From: an uncultured virus (IMG/VR IMGVR_UViG_3300042399_001449)
Lineage: Duplodnaviria > Heunggongvirae > Uroviricota > Caudoviricetes
Virus record (IMG/VR): IMGVR_UViG_3300042399_001449
Direction: 5' to 3' (one strand)
Length of the DNA: 64,000 nt
A program made the position numbers and the translations under genes. The notes below the pieces were generated by a model, which was given only the letters and a program-made list of their open reading frames with translations, ran no database searches and was not told the DNA's origin. This document shows positions 29,138 to 39,500 of the stretch, in pieces (position 1 is the stretch's first letter; each line of letters opens with the position of its first letter).

Positions 29138-30072
29138 AGCATTCCCATTTTTAATTGCATTAGCCCTTCGAATGTTAAAACGTCGGTATCTGCTAATATT
29201 TCTGTAATTTTTTTAAATCCTAATTCCGATGCATCTTCGTTTTTTAATTCAACGAAATATACATTTAAACCTTCACCCATAAAACGCTCTGCAATTTGAA
29301 TTGCATTTTTTAACGCATCTGCATCTAAACAAATATAAATGTTTCTAACGCGTTCTTCAATGATTTTTTTCTGTAGTGCAGGCTGAATAATTTTTCCAAA
29401 TAATGGAATTGCATTTCTTTTAATTGAAATTGCATCAAATGAACCTTCACATAAAATAATTGGTTCTGCCCAATTAATAAACATTTCAAACCCAATGATG
29501 TCTTTTGAAATTTTCGGATTTTTATGTTTTTGTGTATCTGCTTTATAAAAAGCTCTACTAACAAAATAATTTAATTGACCCGCTGCATTATAACTTGGAA
29601 TTATAATCTTGCCAGCATATTCTCCTGATTCACAATAACCGATTCTATACTTGATAATATCAAAAATAGTTATTCCTCGATTAGTTAAATAATGAATTGC
29701 ATTTCTGTAATCAGGAGTTAATTTTTTAATCCATAATGGACGATATTCTTCTGGCAATTGAATTATTTCTTGTTTTTCAGTGCCAGAATCTTTTGAACGA
29801 TATCGTGTTGTTTCAATGATTCGATTAAGTTGTTCGAACTTTTCTTTAGATAAGTTTAATTGCTTAAATAAAGTAGCAATACTACGACCTTTTTTATCTG
29901 ATATCCAACAATGCCAAGTATTTTCACCAGCATGATTGGTATTGATATTAATTTCTAATTTAGGTTTGTAATGCGAAACAAATGGAGAGAAGAATGCGAT
30001 ATTATCACCTGAAGTAGGTTTACCTTTACCTAATACTGATTCTAATAATTGTAATAACTTAAGATTCTTCAT
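29128..30072 (-). CDS. DNA primase (TOPRIM)
   Basis: YLTNRGI...IIIPSY...FVSR, LCEGSFDA, ICLDADA motifs; degenerate zinc-binding domain. Confidence 0.88.
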   Translation of the reverse strand: MKNLKLLQLLESVLGKGKPTSGDNIAFFSPFVSHYKPKLEININTNHAGENTWHCWISDKKGRSIATLFKQLNLSKEKFEQLNRIIETTRYRSKDSGTEKQEIIQLPEEYRPLWIKKLTPDYRNAIHYLTNRGITIFDIIKYRIGYCESGEYAGKIIIPSYNAAGQLNYFVSRAFYKADTQKHKNPKISKDIIGFEMFINWAEPIILCEGSFDAISIKRNAIPLFGKIIQPALQKKIIEERVRNIYICLDADALKNAIQIAERFMGEGLNVYFVELKNEDASELGFKKITEILADTDVLTFEGLMQLKMGMLWA

Positions 30073-30079
30073 TAATATT

Positions 30080-30108
30080 AATATAATGAATTTCTAGTTC
30101 GATTCCAA
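30080..30108 (-). promoter_or_regulatory. Sigma70-like promoter TTGGAA-N17-TATATT (primase, near-leaderless)
   Basis: The -10 element ends 7 nt before ATG 30072. Confidence 0.65.
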
Positions 30109-30229
30109 TTTAATAATATAAATAATAATTAGTTATGAACATACATTTCATTACTGTCATAACGATCATTTAAAAATGAATCATTTTCAAATAATCTATT
30201 AATTAAATAAATTTCATTAATTATTCATG

Positions 30230-30258
30230 AATATATTAAAAATTTTTCACAAATCAAA
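30230..30258 (-). promoter_or_regulatory. Sigma70-like promoter TTTGAT-N17-TATATT with no immediate downstream ORF
   Basis: Same architecture as the other sites; fires into an AT-rich non-coding tract. Confidence 0.5.
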
Positions 30259-30261
30259 CCA

Positions 30262-30744
30262 TTATCCAAAAAAAGTTTTAATTGTCTTAGGAACTTCGCC
30301 ATCTTTTAAACATTCAGCGAACCATTCTGCAGGAATATCTTTTTTAGCAACATGAATTATTCCTAGTTTATTTGCATAAGCTTCATATGTAGTTTTGCTA
30401 CCTTTTGATATTTTTTGATTGGGAGATTGAAATACCATTCGAATATCGATTCCAGGATTAGATGCTAAAACATGTTTCATTTTTAAACGGTCAACCGCGG
30501 TCCATCGTCCTTTTGTTTCAACTAACATTAATGTACCATCTCGTTTAGTAAATACGAAGTCAGGCGTATATTTTGCTTTACGCTCTGGTACTATATAATT
30601 TAATGTTTCTGTTTCGTAATTCAAAGGATATTCAAAACTTTTTATTTGCTCTGCTACAGTATGTTCTAATCCTGATTTATATCCGTATTTATATGCTTCA
30701 GAACGTTTAGTGTTCCCAGCGCTGTGCCAATGATTTTTTGCCAT
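30262..30744 (-). CDS. Endonuclease I-like Holliday junction resolvase (T7 gp3 family)
   Basis: YKSGLE...YE...Y.VP...YTPDF...VETKGRW...DR.K...DIRMVF signature. Confidence 0.9.
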   Translation of the reverse strand: MAKNHWHSAGNTKRSEAYKYGYKSGLEHTVAEQIKSFEYPLNYETETLNYIVPERKAKYTPDFVFTKRDGTLMLVETKGRWTAVDRLKMKHVLASNPGIDIRMVFQSPNQKISKGSKTTYEAYANKLGIIHVAKKDIPAEWFAECLKDGEVPKTIKTFFG

Positions 30745-30760
30745 AACTAGTTATTAAATT

Positions 30761-32353
30761 TTATTTTACTGATGATGTTGGTATCCAATATACTTTTTTA
30801 TCTTTTACAAATTTAACTCGTATGTATTTATAATCTGACGAATTTCCTAAGTATGCAATATATTGACCATCTTTTGGATTATATGTTCCTGCTTTTACCC
30901 ATTGTTTATTTTTATAATTATAAATTGGCGTTTCAGATACTTTGATAAATGCAATACCATTTCTGTTTTTAGATTTCTCTTTATTTAAGAATTCCACCGT
31001 TGTTTTATTTTTATCAGTTTTTGGTTTTTCTCGTTGTACGAGTGGTTGTACGAGTGGATTATTATCTTTAGTATTTTTAGTATCAACCGATTGATCCGAA
31101 TTATTCGTAGTTGGTTGGTCTGTATTAGAAGAATTATTTGTAGTTGGGGCACCTGGCGTTTTTACTACTAATGCATCTAATTTTGCATACACATCTGTTT
31201 CTGTTTTAGGAATCAATTTTTCATTTGGCCTAGGGCCTCCATCTAACTGTTGTCGTTCAAAATCAATTTTATTTGTTGTATACCACTCATCATTAACTTT
31301 TACATAAACCCATTTATCTGTGTCTGACATAGTATATACAATACTCCCTGCAACTGAACCTGCTGGAATTGTATATGGATATTCTAGCCTATATGTTTCT
31401 GAATTAGTTGATGTTGAGTTTGTTATTTTAGCTCCGGTTGAAGTAAAATGGAAATCTTGATCACCTGTGTTAGGATCTACACTTTTCGTTGATTGCAATT
31501 CGCCTTCCCATTTTTCACCATCATCCCAAATCGCTGTTCCTTTAAAGGGCATTCCATCTTTAAAAGTACCAGTATACGTACCATGTTTTCCATCGCCTGT
31601 ACGATATACAGATATACTACCATTTATATATGTTGCTTGTTCATTACCCTTAGTATCATATGAAATTTCAAGTTCTCCAGTAAAATCTGCAATACCATCA
31701 TAATCTCCACGATTTGTATCATCAATTTTTACTATTTTAGTTGCAACATCTGGAAGTTCTGTTTCTAGTTTATTAATTGTACCTAAGTTAGGAAATTCAA
31801 CTTTTCTTTTAAGTTGAGGATCAAATAATTCAAATTTCAATGATGTAGATTGCATTTTTAATACCGCGATCCATTTAGCTGCATCTGACCATGTATATGT
31901 TGGAATTCCGCCTACAAGAAATTCAACTACAGATTTCAATTGTATTTGATATCGATCATTTTTATTTAAACTATCAATTTTTTTAGCTAATTCTGCAAGT
32001 GGACTATAAGCAATAACCCATATATTTAATAATGCGCGGCGTTTTGATTTTAAAACATCATCTCCGATAACATACATGTATCTAGGTTGATCAACAGCAG
32101 AATCTAATACATCAAATCTACTACCAGGGCCAGTTCTGTCATCAACTAAAATACGACTTTTTATATTAGATATCATTACAGATAAATCGCCATGATCTCC
32201 TTTAAACTTCATATGAAGTTCAAACCCAGTAATACCACCATTAGCTACAACTTGATTTCTTTTAGAGTTAGACATCGGCTTTATAAACCCACTCTTAACA
32301 TATTGCTCTTGCAATGCTGATTTAATTATTTGTTCTAATAAATTTGATTTCAT
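30761..32353 (-). CDS. Hypothetical multidomain protein (MORN-like segment, possible C-terminal SH3-like domain)
   Basis: YTGTFKDGMPFKGTAIWDDGEKWEGE; C-terminal YIRVKF...VYWIPTSSV; leader MKSNLLEQIIKSALQEQ. Confidence 0.6.
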   Translation of the reverse strand: MKSNLLEQIIKSALQEQYVKSGFIKPMSNSKRNQVVANGGITGFELHMKFKGDHGDLSVMISNIKSRILVDDRTGPGSRFDVLDSAVDQPRYMYVIGDDVLKSKRRALLNIWVIAYSPLAELAKKIDSLNKNDRYQIQLKSVVEFLVGGIPTYTWSDAAKWIAVLKMQSTSLKFELFDPQLKRKVEFPNLGTINKLETELPDVATKIVKIDDTNRGDYDGIADFTGELEISYDTKGNEQATYINGSISVYRTGDGKHGTYTGTFKDGMPFKGTAIWDDGEKWEGELQSTKSVDPNTGDQDFHFTSTGAKITNSTSTNSETYRLEYPYTIPAGSVAGSIVYTMSDTDKWVYVKVNDEWYTTNKIDFERQQLDGGPRPNEKLIPKTETDVYAKLDALVVKTPGAPTTNNSSNTDQPTTNNSDQSVDTKNTKDNNPLVQPLVQREKPKTDKNKTTVEFLNKEKSKNRNGIAFIKVSETPIYNYKNKQWVKAGTYNPKDGQYIAYLGNSSDYKYIRVKFVKDKKVYWIPTSSVK

Positions 32354-32368
32354 ATATATAAATATTCA

Positions 32369-32911
32369 TTACCAGTCAACTAAGACTATATTTCCGTTCC
32401 ACATCATTACATTGCTTGAATTAAAATCTAAATCTAAATCAAATTCTTCAATTCCTGTACGTTCAACATCTTTTTGTAATGCACGTAAAAAATTAACAAG
32501 TTTCGGGTCAGTATTTCTAGCACCGTCATTATCTAAAAATTCAAAAATACTAACTTCGCCGCCTTCTGCACGTGCATATTGCGTAAACTCTTGTAAAAAT
32601 CTATCAATCATTATTTTAATTGAAGAAGAAATAGGGTCAGCATTTGCCATGATATATAAATGTTTTTCTTCATTAACATAATATATCGGGATAAATGTTG
32701 TAAATTCTGACCAACGTCCTACAATTACTTTAGCTACTTCAAATTCATCTCGTTCTTGAGTAATCTTAAAACAACGATCTTCTCCATCAATTTCATATAC
32801 TCGACCGTTGTCGCCAGCACCAATAAAACGAAACTGTTTATTTTTTATTTTATCTAGCAATCTAGCTAATTCGTCATCAACTATTTCTAATAATGATTTT
32901 AATCGTATCAT
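32369..32911 (-). CDS. Protein kinase-like protein with MIRLKSLLE leader
   Basis: FIGAGDNGRVY glycine loop, CFKIT lysine, E helix, DFNSSNVM catalytic loop, LVDW metal site. Confidence 0.75.
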   Translation of the reverse strand: MIRLKSLLEIVDDELARLLDKIKNKQFRFIGAGDNGRVYEIDGEDRCFKITQERDEFEVAKVIVGRWSEFTTFIPIYYVNEEKHLYIMANADPISSSIKIMIDRFLQEFTQYARAEGGEVSIFEFLDNDGARNTDPKLVNFLRALQKDVERTGIEEFDLDLDFNSSNVMMWNGNIVLVDW

Positions 32912-32912
32912 T

Positions 32913-34484
32913 TTATCCTTTAAATGAAATATTTTTATCTAAATCAATACGAATTAAGAAATTCATATCTACGTCATCACGTTTTTTAATAGGTTGAGCT
33001 AATTTGCCAATTGCTAACAATTCACCTGAATCATTATATAATCCAATTGTTGTGATATATGGGGCAAATACACTTCCGGTTGCAAATGGAAGATAAGTTG
33101 AATCATCATCTCTCGTTAATGATAAATTAGTTGACATATTAAAATCACCAGCATCTAATTTTGTTAAAATGCTTAATTCATTTATAGTTACAGTACTCCT
33201 ATAACTAGCAGTAAATGGTGCATTAATTAAATTATGATAACGATAATCCGGAGATGAAATTACAACTACTCCTTGTTTACTAAATACATTACCAACATTT
33301 CCAGTTTGTAAAAATGTTCCACCTTCACTACGGTCTTTTAAAGAACTTATATTGCTAGTTGTAAGTGACTTATTAAAGATTCTAACTTCATCTAAAACTC
33401 CTTGTAGGTTTGAGCTTAGACTATTAAAACCGCCAATGAACAAGTTACTTGTATTGTCTATACGAGCTGAAGCTGTAAATGGAGACATTGTATTAACAAG
33501 TAATGTATTAGTTATAGATGCATGTAACGTCCCATCGATATATAATTGTAATGAACTTCCAGATTTTTGACAAACAACATGTTTCCATGACGTCATTGTA
33601 GCAGACGATGTTATTTGAGTTTTAAATGTAGTACTACCTGCAGCTGAAAATACTAATTGATTACTTCCACTTAATTCAATTTTAAATGGATATGATGGAG
33701 TTAAGCTACTAGAAGCTTTTGCTAATACCAATTGATTTGTTATACTTGTATTTGATGCAGATATAAAAAATGAAATAGCATAATCGTTATCTCGATCATA
33801 TAATCCATTTAACGAAGATTCAATATAACCAGAGCCATTAAATTTAGCCGCATATCCTATAGGTAGCTGTGCTCCATTTGTTGTAGGAACTCCTGGTATA
33901 AAAGTTATACCTGAATTAGTATTAGTAAATCTAGAAGAATCAAAATATTCATTGAATCCGTCATACCATTTAACATCGCTAACTATCGAACTTGTATTAA
34001 ATGCAACATCATATAAATTGCTATACTTATCAGTTGCTAAATTCAATGAGCCAGTAAATGTAAATGATGTTGATTTAATTCCTTCTCCAATTTTATTTTG
34101 TGGAAAAGATAATATCGAAGCTGATTGATATAAAGCTTTTTTAGTACGAGTTAAATCTGTCGGCCCGAATGTTAATGCTGGAGATTCTTTATGTTTATAA
34201 TATAAATGATTGACACTCCAATATGTTACAGTTTGCAAACTGCCATCAATATTTTTAGCATCATTAAATGTTAATTCAGATCCTAATGCCGGCAAATAAT
34301 TTATATCAGAATAAATAGCTTGTAATGGTAACATACTACTAGTAGCGCTACCAGAAACTACAGACCATGTTTTAAAAACTTGGAAAGGATTAATCATTAC
34401 ATCAGCTGCATCTATCTTTTTAAAAACAGATGGATATATGCCTTGATATGATTGTTCAATATTTGTTATTTTAGATTCTGCCAT
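32913..34484 (-). CDS. Virion structural protein with LamG domain
   Basis: WKHVVCQKSGSSLQLYIDG...LDEVRIFNKSL; C-terminal YITTIGLYND.GELLAIGKL. Confidence 0.8.
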   Translation of the reverse strand: MAESKITNIEQSYQGIYPSVFKKIDAADVMINPFQVFKTWSVVSGSATSSMLPLQAIYSDINYLPALGSELTFNDAKNIDGSLQTVTYWSVNHLYYKHKESPALTFGPTDLTRTKKALYQSASILSFPQNKIGEGIKSTSFTFTGSLNLATDKYSNLYDVAFNTSSIVSDVKWYDGFNEYFDSSRFTNTNSGITFIPGVPTTNGAQLPIGYAAKFNGSGYIESSLNGLYDRDNDYAISFFISASNTSITNQLVLAKASSSLTPSYPFKIELSGSNQLVFSAAGSTTFKTQITSSATMTSWKHVVCQKSGSSLQLYIDGTLHASITNTLLVNTMSPFTASARIDNTSNLFIGGFNSLSSNLQGVLDEVRIFNKSLTTSNISSLKDRSEGGTFLQTGNVGNVFSKQGVVVISSPDYRYHNLINAPFTASYRSTVTINELSILTKLDAGDFNMSTNLSLTRDDDSTYLPFATGSVFAPYITTIGLYNDSGELLAIGKLAQPIKKRDDVDMNFLIRIDLDKNISFKG

Positions 34485-34487
34485 AAT

Positions 34488-34530
34488 CAGTAAAAACCCT
34501 GCTACATTTAATATAAATATAACAGGGCTT
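34488..34530 (-). terminator. Terminator-like hairpin with late motif (34512-34519) inside it
   Basis: AAGCCCTG...ATATTTATA...CAGGGTTTTTACTG on the minus strand. Confidence 0.65.
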
Positions 34531-34546
34531 AATTCAGTGTATTATT

Positions 34547-35833
34547 TTAGAAATCTAATTTAACTCTAATTAGTGCTTCTCTTTGGAATGATTTTAATAA
34601 TGGTTGACTTAATTTAGCTACTGCTAATAACTCTTGACGGTCATTATATAAACCAACTGTTGTGATATATGTTTTAGGATCACCGACAAATGATGTTTGA
34701 GCTAATTGACCAACACTACCTGTTACATATGAAGGGTTGTTAGAGAAATTATATTCAGCATTTTTAATTCTTACAAAGTAATGTGTACTAGTAACTTTTT
34801 CTGAGCTACGTGCTTGGAATCCATAAGGATCTGATGTTAATGGATTTGTTTGTAATGCTGAAGCAGAAATTGAATGATGTAATGTGAAATGGTTATTACC
34901 TTCAACACTAGAACTTAAATTAGTTTTAAATCCTAATTGTTGATCCATCATTTTACCATCTAATATTAAAGTTCCATAATCAGGATAAACAAGTCCATAA
35001 TACTTAGGTGCAGCTGGATTATGTACACCGGTTGCAATTGAACCGGAAACGATATTATAAACTTTCCCTGCTCCTACATTTGTAGCTGACGCAATTGAAG
35101 AGTCATCAATTAATGTAATTATAGAAGATCCTGCAGTTACAGAACCAGTTGCATTTACTGATCTAGCTGTAATATTAGCTAATGGCAATTCAAAATTACC
35201 AGCATCTAAACGTTCTTTTAAACGATTACGTTTGAAATTAACAACATAAATATAATCAGTACTTCCACTACCAGCAGTTGTAAATCTAGTGTCTGTTGGA
35301 TTAAGTAATAACTGACGATATTGAGAATATACTGCTTTACTAGGTGAATCATTCAATTGACCTTGTGAATCAGATCCACTTCCTAATGCATGACCATATG
35401 CTAATGAATATTGTACTGCTGCTCCTTCATTTGCTGGGGCGTCTTGATATACATCGATATAATATCTACGTTGCGATGTTGTAGCTGTTGATGATGTAAA
35501 ATAAGTTGTTAAACTAGCAACATTATCAGACCACAACCCACCAGTAACTACTTCAGTTTGATTTGAAACTATATCATTAACAGAATCAAATTTTGTATAT
35601 ACTCGTCCGTTTCTAGAAAGTATTTGACTTTGTTGTTGTTCTGCAATCATTTGATTAGCTAATGCTTGAGCTAATTGCTGAACTTGTTGCGTTACGGCAG
35701 CACTCGTTGCTGCAGCAGCTGCTGGAGCTGGACTAGTTGGTAATGCTGATCTAGATGCAATTGCAGTTCTAGTTGGCGTACCACCGTGTCTAGGTTGTTG
35801 TTTTAAATTTTTGATCATTAATGAGTTGTTCAT
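34547..35833 (-). CDS. Virion structural protein (baseplate/tail)
   Basis: C-terminal YITTVGLYNDRQELLAVAKLSQP shared with 32913..34484; baseplate cluster. Confidence 0.75.
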   Translation of the reverse strand: MNNSLMIKNLKQQPRHGGTPTRTAIASRSALPTSPAPAAAAATSAAVTQQVQQLAQALANQMIAEQQQSQILSRNGRVYTKFDSVNDIVSNQTEVVTGGLWSDNVASLTTYFTSSTATTSQRRYYIDVYQDAPANEGAAVQYSLAYGHALGSGSDSQGQLNDSPSKAVYSQYRQLLLNPTDTRFTTAGSGSTDYIYVVNFKRNRLKERLDAGNFELPLANITARSVNATGSVTAGSSIITLIDDSSIASATNVGAGKVYNIVSGSIATGVHNPAAPKYYGLVYPDYGTLILDGKMMDQQLGFKTNLSSSVEGNNHFTLHHSISASALQTNPLTSDPYGFQARSSEKVTSTHYFVRIKNAEYNFSNNPSYVTGSVGQLAQTSFVGDPKTYITTVGLYNDRQELLAVAKLSQPLLKSFQREALIRVKLDF

Positions 35834-35845
35834 ATCTTTACCTAT

Positions 35846-36496
35846 TTATAAAGTTGCAGTTGTTGCTTTTTTAACTGTTAAATTAATTGTCACACTACCA
35901 CCCGTTTCATTTGCTATGATAGTAACTGAAGCAGTTTTATCTTCTAGCATTTGAGTCTTAGCAACAATACGGAATTCAAACCCTGCTACTGCAACACTTT
36001 GTGCATCTTCATTATCTCCAATAAATCTAGGTGTAGTTGGAAGAACTGAATTTTGAACAGCTCTTGTTACTTGAATATCTGCAACTGTTGAATCAGATAA
36101 AATAGCAGTATATCCTAGATTAGCATTTCCTCCTTGGAAGTTGCTTGTATTCGGAGCAATTACTGCACTATCACCAGGAGCTGATAATGTAATTAATGTA
36201 TTACCTACAGTTACAACCGGAATATTTGTTGTTTGTTTTGGTAATGTAATTAATTTATATTTAAGAGCTTGAGTTTCATCTGGAATAGCTTCTGTGATTG
36301 GCATATTTTCAATAATAGTACCATAATAATTTGTTCCAAGTGGATGATCTGGATTCCATAATGAATAATCTACTTCATCATCTCCTACTGCAAATTGAGT
36401 AATACTAAAAGCATTTCCGCCCTTAGCTAGCAACTCACGGCCTTTTAATGTTAATATAGCGTCAATTGTTACGCTCGTATTATCTAAATATCCCAT
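35846..36496 (-). CDS. Virion structural protein (tail-collar-like N-terminus)
   Basis: ILTLKGRELLA...ITQFAVGDDE; late motif 36517-36524. Confidence 0.7.
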   Translation of the reverse strand: MGYLDNTSVTIDAILTLKGRELLAKGGNAFSITQFAVGDDEVDYSLWNPDHPLGTNYYGTIIENMPITEAIPDETQALKYKLITLPKQTTNIPVVTVGNTLITLSAPGDSAVIAPNTSNFQGGNANLGYTAILSDSTVADIQVTRAVQNSVLPTTPRFIGDNEDAQSVAVAGFEFRIVAKTQMLEDKTASVTIIANETGGSVTINLTVKKATTATL

Positions 36497-36545
36497 AGTG
36501 TTTTAACCTTATTTTATATAAATATACATATTGTTAATTTTGCTG

Positions 36546-39500
36546 TTAAACTAATACAAAACTACCTTGTTCTCCATTTTGTTGATAAACCAACTGATTT
36601 GGATTAGCTGATCTAAATTCAACTACCGGGCCGCCATCTACTGTTTGAGTAGAATTAACATTGAATCTCGGACTAGAAATTTTAGATCCGTCATATCTTT
36701 GATTACGTATACCAGTCGGTAAATAATCTTGTACAGTTGCTAAAGTTCCCTCAAACCCTGCGCCAACCGGATCTAAATAATATGTAGCTGTTCCATATGC
36801 ACCTGCACCATAAGTTGCAGTTAAACCTGACGATCCTGAAGAATATGAAACTGAACCTGATACATATACATGTTCACTTGTTTTAGGTGTGATTATTACT
36901 GGCGCTAATGCTTCACTTCTCCAACTAGGTGTTGATGCAGTTATCCAAGTACTAGCAGATGGAATTAAATAAGCATATGAATAAGTAGTTCCATTATATT
37001 TCTTTTCTGCAGATGCAGTTATATACATTTGCCATTGATCATCATCTGTTGCAACAATATCTAGAATTTTACCATCCATTGTTCCAATATATTGAAGATA
37101 ATCTCCGGAGCCTGTTGGTGCAATATTATCAATAATAACGTTATATACAGAATCATAACGTTTAATTTCTGGAAGAATTTTGTCTTTGCTACGTTCTAAT
37201 AAATTAGGTTGTATTAATATTCCTAATAATTTATCAGTTCGTGCAGGTAATAATTGTTCTAGTTGCTTGAAGAATGATAAATCGAACAACGTAAACATAT
37301 TAATATATGCATTGATATCATTTCTATCTGAATATTTTTTCCAATAGCTTTGTGCTGCTTGAATTAATCTTGGATATGATTTAGCATCTGCCGCACCCGG
37401 GTCTCCAATATATTGATCTAATTCTTCATATCCGAAATGAGCAATGATATCTTCGTCAATCATTGTTTGCGGAGAAAAATAAACTCCTAACTTTTTACTG
37501 TCTAAAGGAGATTTGTCAAATTGACTACGCTCGGCCCTAGTTTTAACATCTAATGTTCCAACTAAATTATTATCTTCTAAACGTATTTTATTGTCATCAA
37601 ATGTTCCCGCTCCTAAAGACGGTGCATTATAATAATATGTTTCTTCAATTGAATCATATGGAGTATTATTAGTCCAACTTGCAAATGAAGCAGATATTGC
37701 TGAGTAATTAGGTTCGACACCTGATAAACTACTTGTAGCTAAATGATTAATTTTTTGTGTTAATGGTAATCTAAATACTAATTCAGAATACGTATCAACA
37801 TTACCATCATATGCTGCAGGTGCTTTAACATGATTATCAAATGCAACATCATTTAAACTAGAAGTCCACAATCTTAACTCTTGCAATTGACCTTGCAAAC
37901 GTGTTGCTCCTGTACTAGTGCTACCTAACGTTAATGTTCCGGTGCTAGTAAATGATGCCGTTGCTGAAGCAGAAACTGCTGCAACTATTTTTCCATATTT
38001 AGATCGTTTTGCTACAACTTGTAAAGCAGATCCCGATGTTTTTAATAAAGCAGTTAACCAACCACCATCAAACATTTCAATATCTAATGATGATGTCCCA
38101 TTAATTTGAATAGACCCCATAGTACCACTAGTATAATCTAATGTTACTGCGTTTGAACCTATGTTAAATAAATTCATGGTACTTGACATCGTCGGGTTTG
38201 TAACTACATTATCCGTTCTAAAACGAAGCTCTACGCTGTTTATAGGTTGTGTATAATTTATTGTTACAGTACCAGCTGGATTAGCTAATAAATCTAACGC
38301 ATAATCAAAGTTTAATTTTTCATATACTGGAGTACGATCTAATCTAGGACCGCCATACTCATTAATTGATATCATTGATTGTGGAATACCATAACATGAT
38401 AACAATGCTTGAATACTTCGTTTTGTTCCTTTACTTTTTAATAATAAAGGCAAATTGTTAACAATACGTCTCCATACTGCATAAGTCATATCACGACCAG
38501 GTACACTCGGATCACCTACTGTATTTGAACCAGTTAGTGGAGTGCCGGCTGAATTTGTTCCTAATACATATTGCCACAGTTCTTGATATTGATTACCATC
38601 AGTTAAATTCCATCCAAATTGTTTTGCTACAGAATATAATAATTCATTAGGCATTCCTAATTTAGGATTTTCTTCTCGTTTATTTGTTTTAGACATATGA
38701 TTAATATACGTATAAAGTATATCATAATGATGTCCTAACATATTAACAAATGTAGATAATTCTTGATTATTTACATCGTAACGAATATATTCTGGAATAG
38801 TATAAACTAATGCATTAATATTCAATGAATCATATAATGAAGCGGTAGCAATTAATTTATTATACCAAGTATTAAATTCCGTACTAGTTGTAGTTGAAAT
38901 TGTATATGGTATTGTAGAATTTGTTTTTGGAACTGGAGTAATATAACTACCGGTTATCTGAGTTACATTCGGAGATTCGTGAGGAATTTCATATGTAGCT
39001 AATATAGAAGATGATTGATAATATAAATACTGCTCAAATGCATCAAAGCCGCTGATTAAATTTGTTTTAGTTAACTCATAATCAGCTGCATTTGTTGTTG
39101 CAACACTTCCTGATAATTCAGACACAACTAACGATTGCGATGTATAATATTCTAGTAATCCTAATTTATATCTAAAATTTTCTAAACGTTCAACGGCTGA
39201 ACTATAAAATACAAAGTTATTGAAATCTGAATAATCAATATTCAGTTTAACTCCTGATAAACTTCCTGAAAAATATGCATCAACAATTTGTTGAGATGTT
39301 TGAACTGATGACCCTAATAAGTCATTCCAGTTTTTCAATCCAGTTTCAGTTGACGTATTATATGAATAATTTGCTTGCCAATTTGGATTTGAAAGTTTAT
39401 TAAATTTTTTAATTGACTGTGCTGGTTGAATAGCAACATTATCAATGTATGGACTTTTTAATTCTTCTACAACCCAACACTTAAAATTAACGTCGATTGT

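Noticed and set aside
31034..31057. 12-bp tandem duplication TTGTACGAGTGG
   Set aside because: In-frame PLVQPLVQ slippage within a low-complexity linker.
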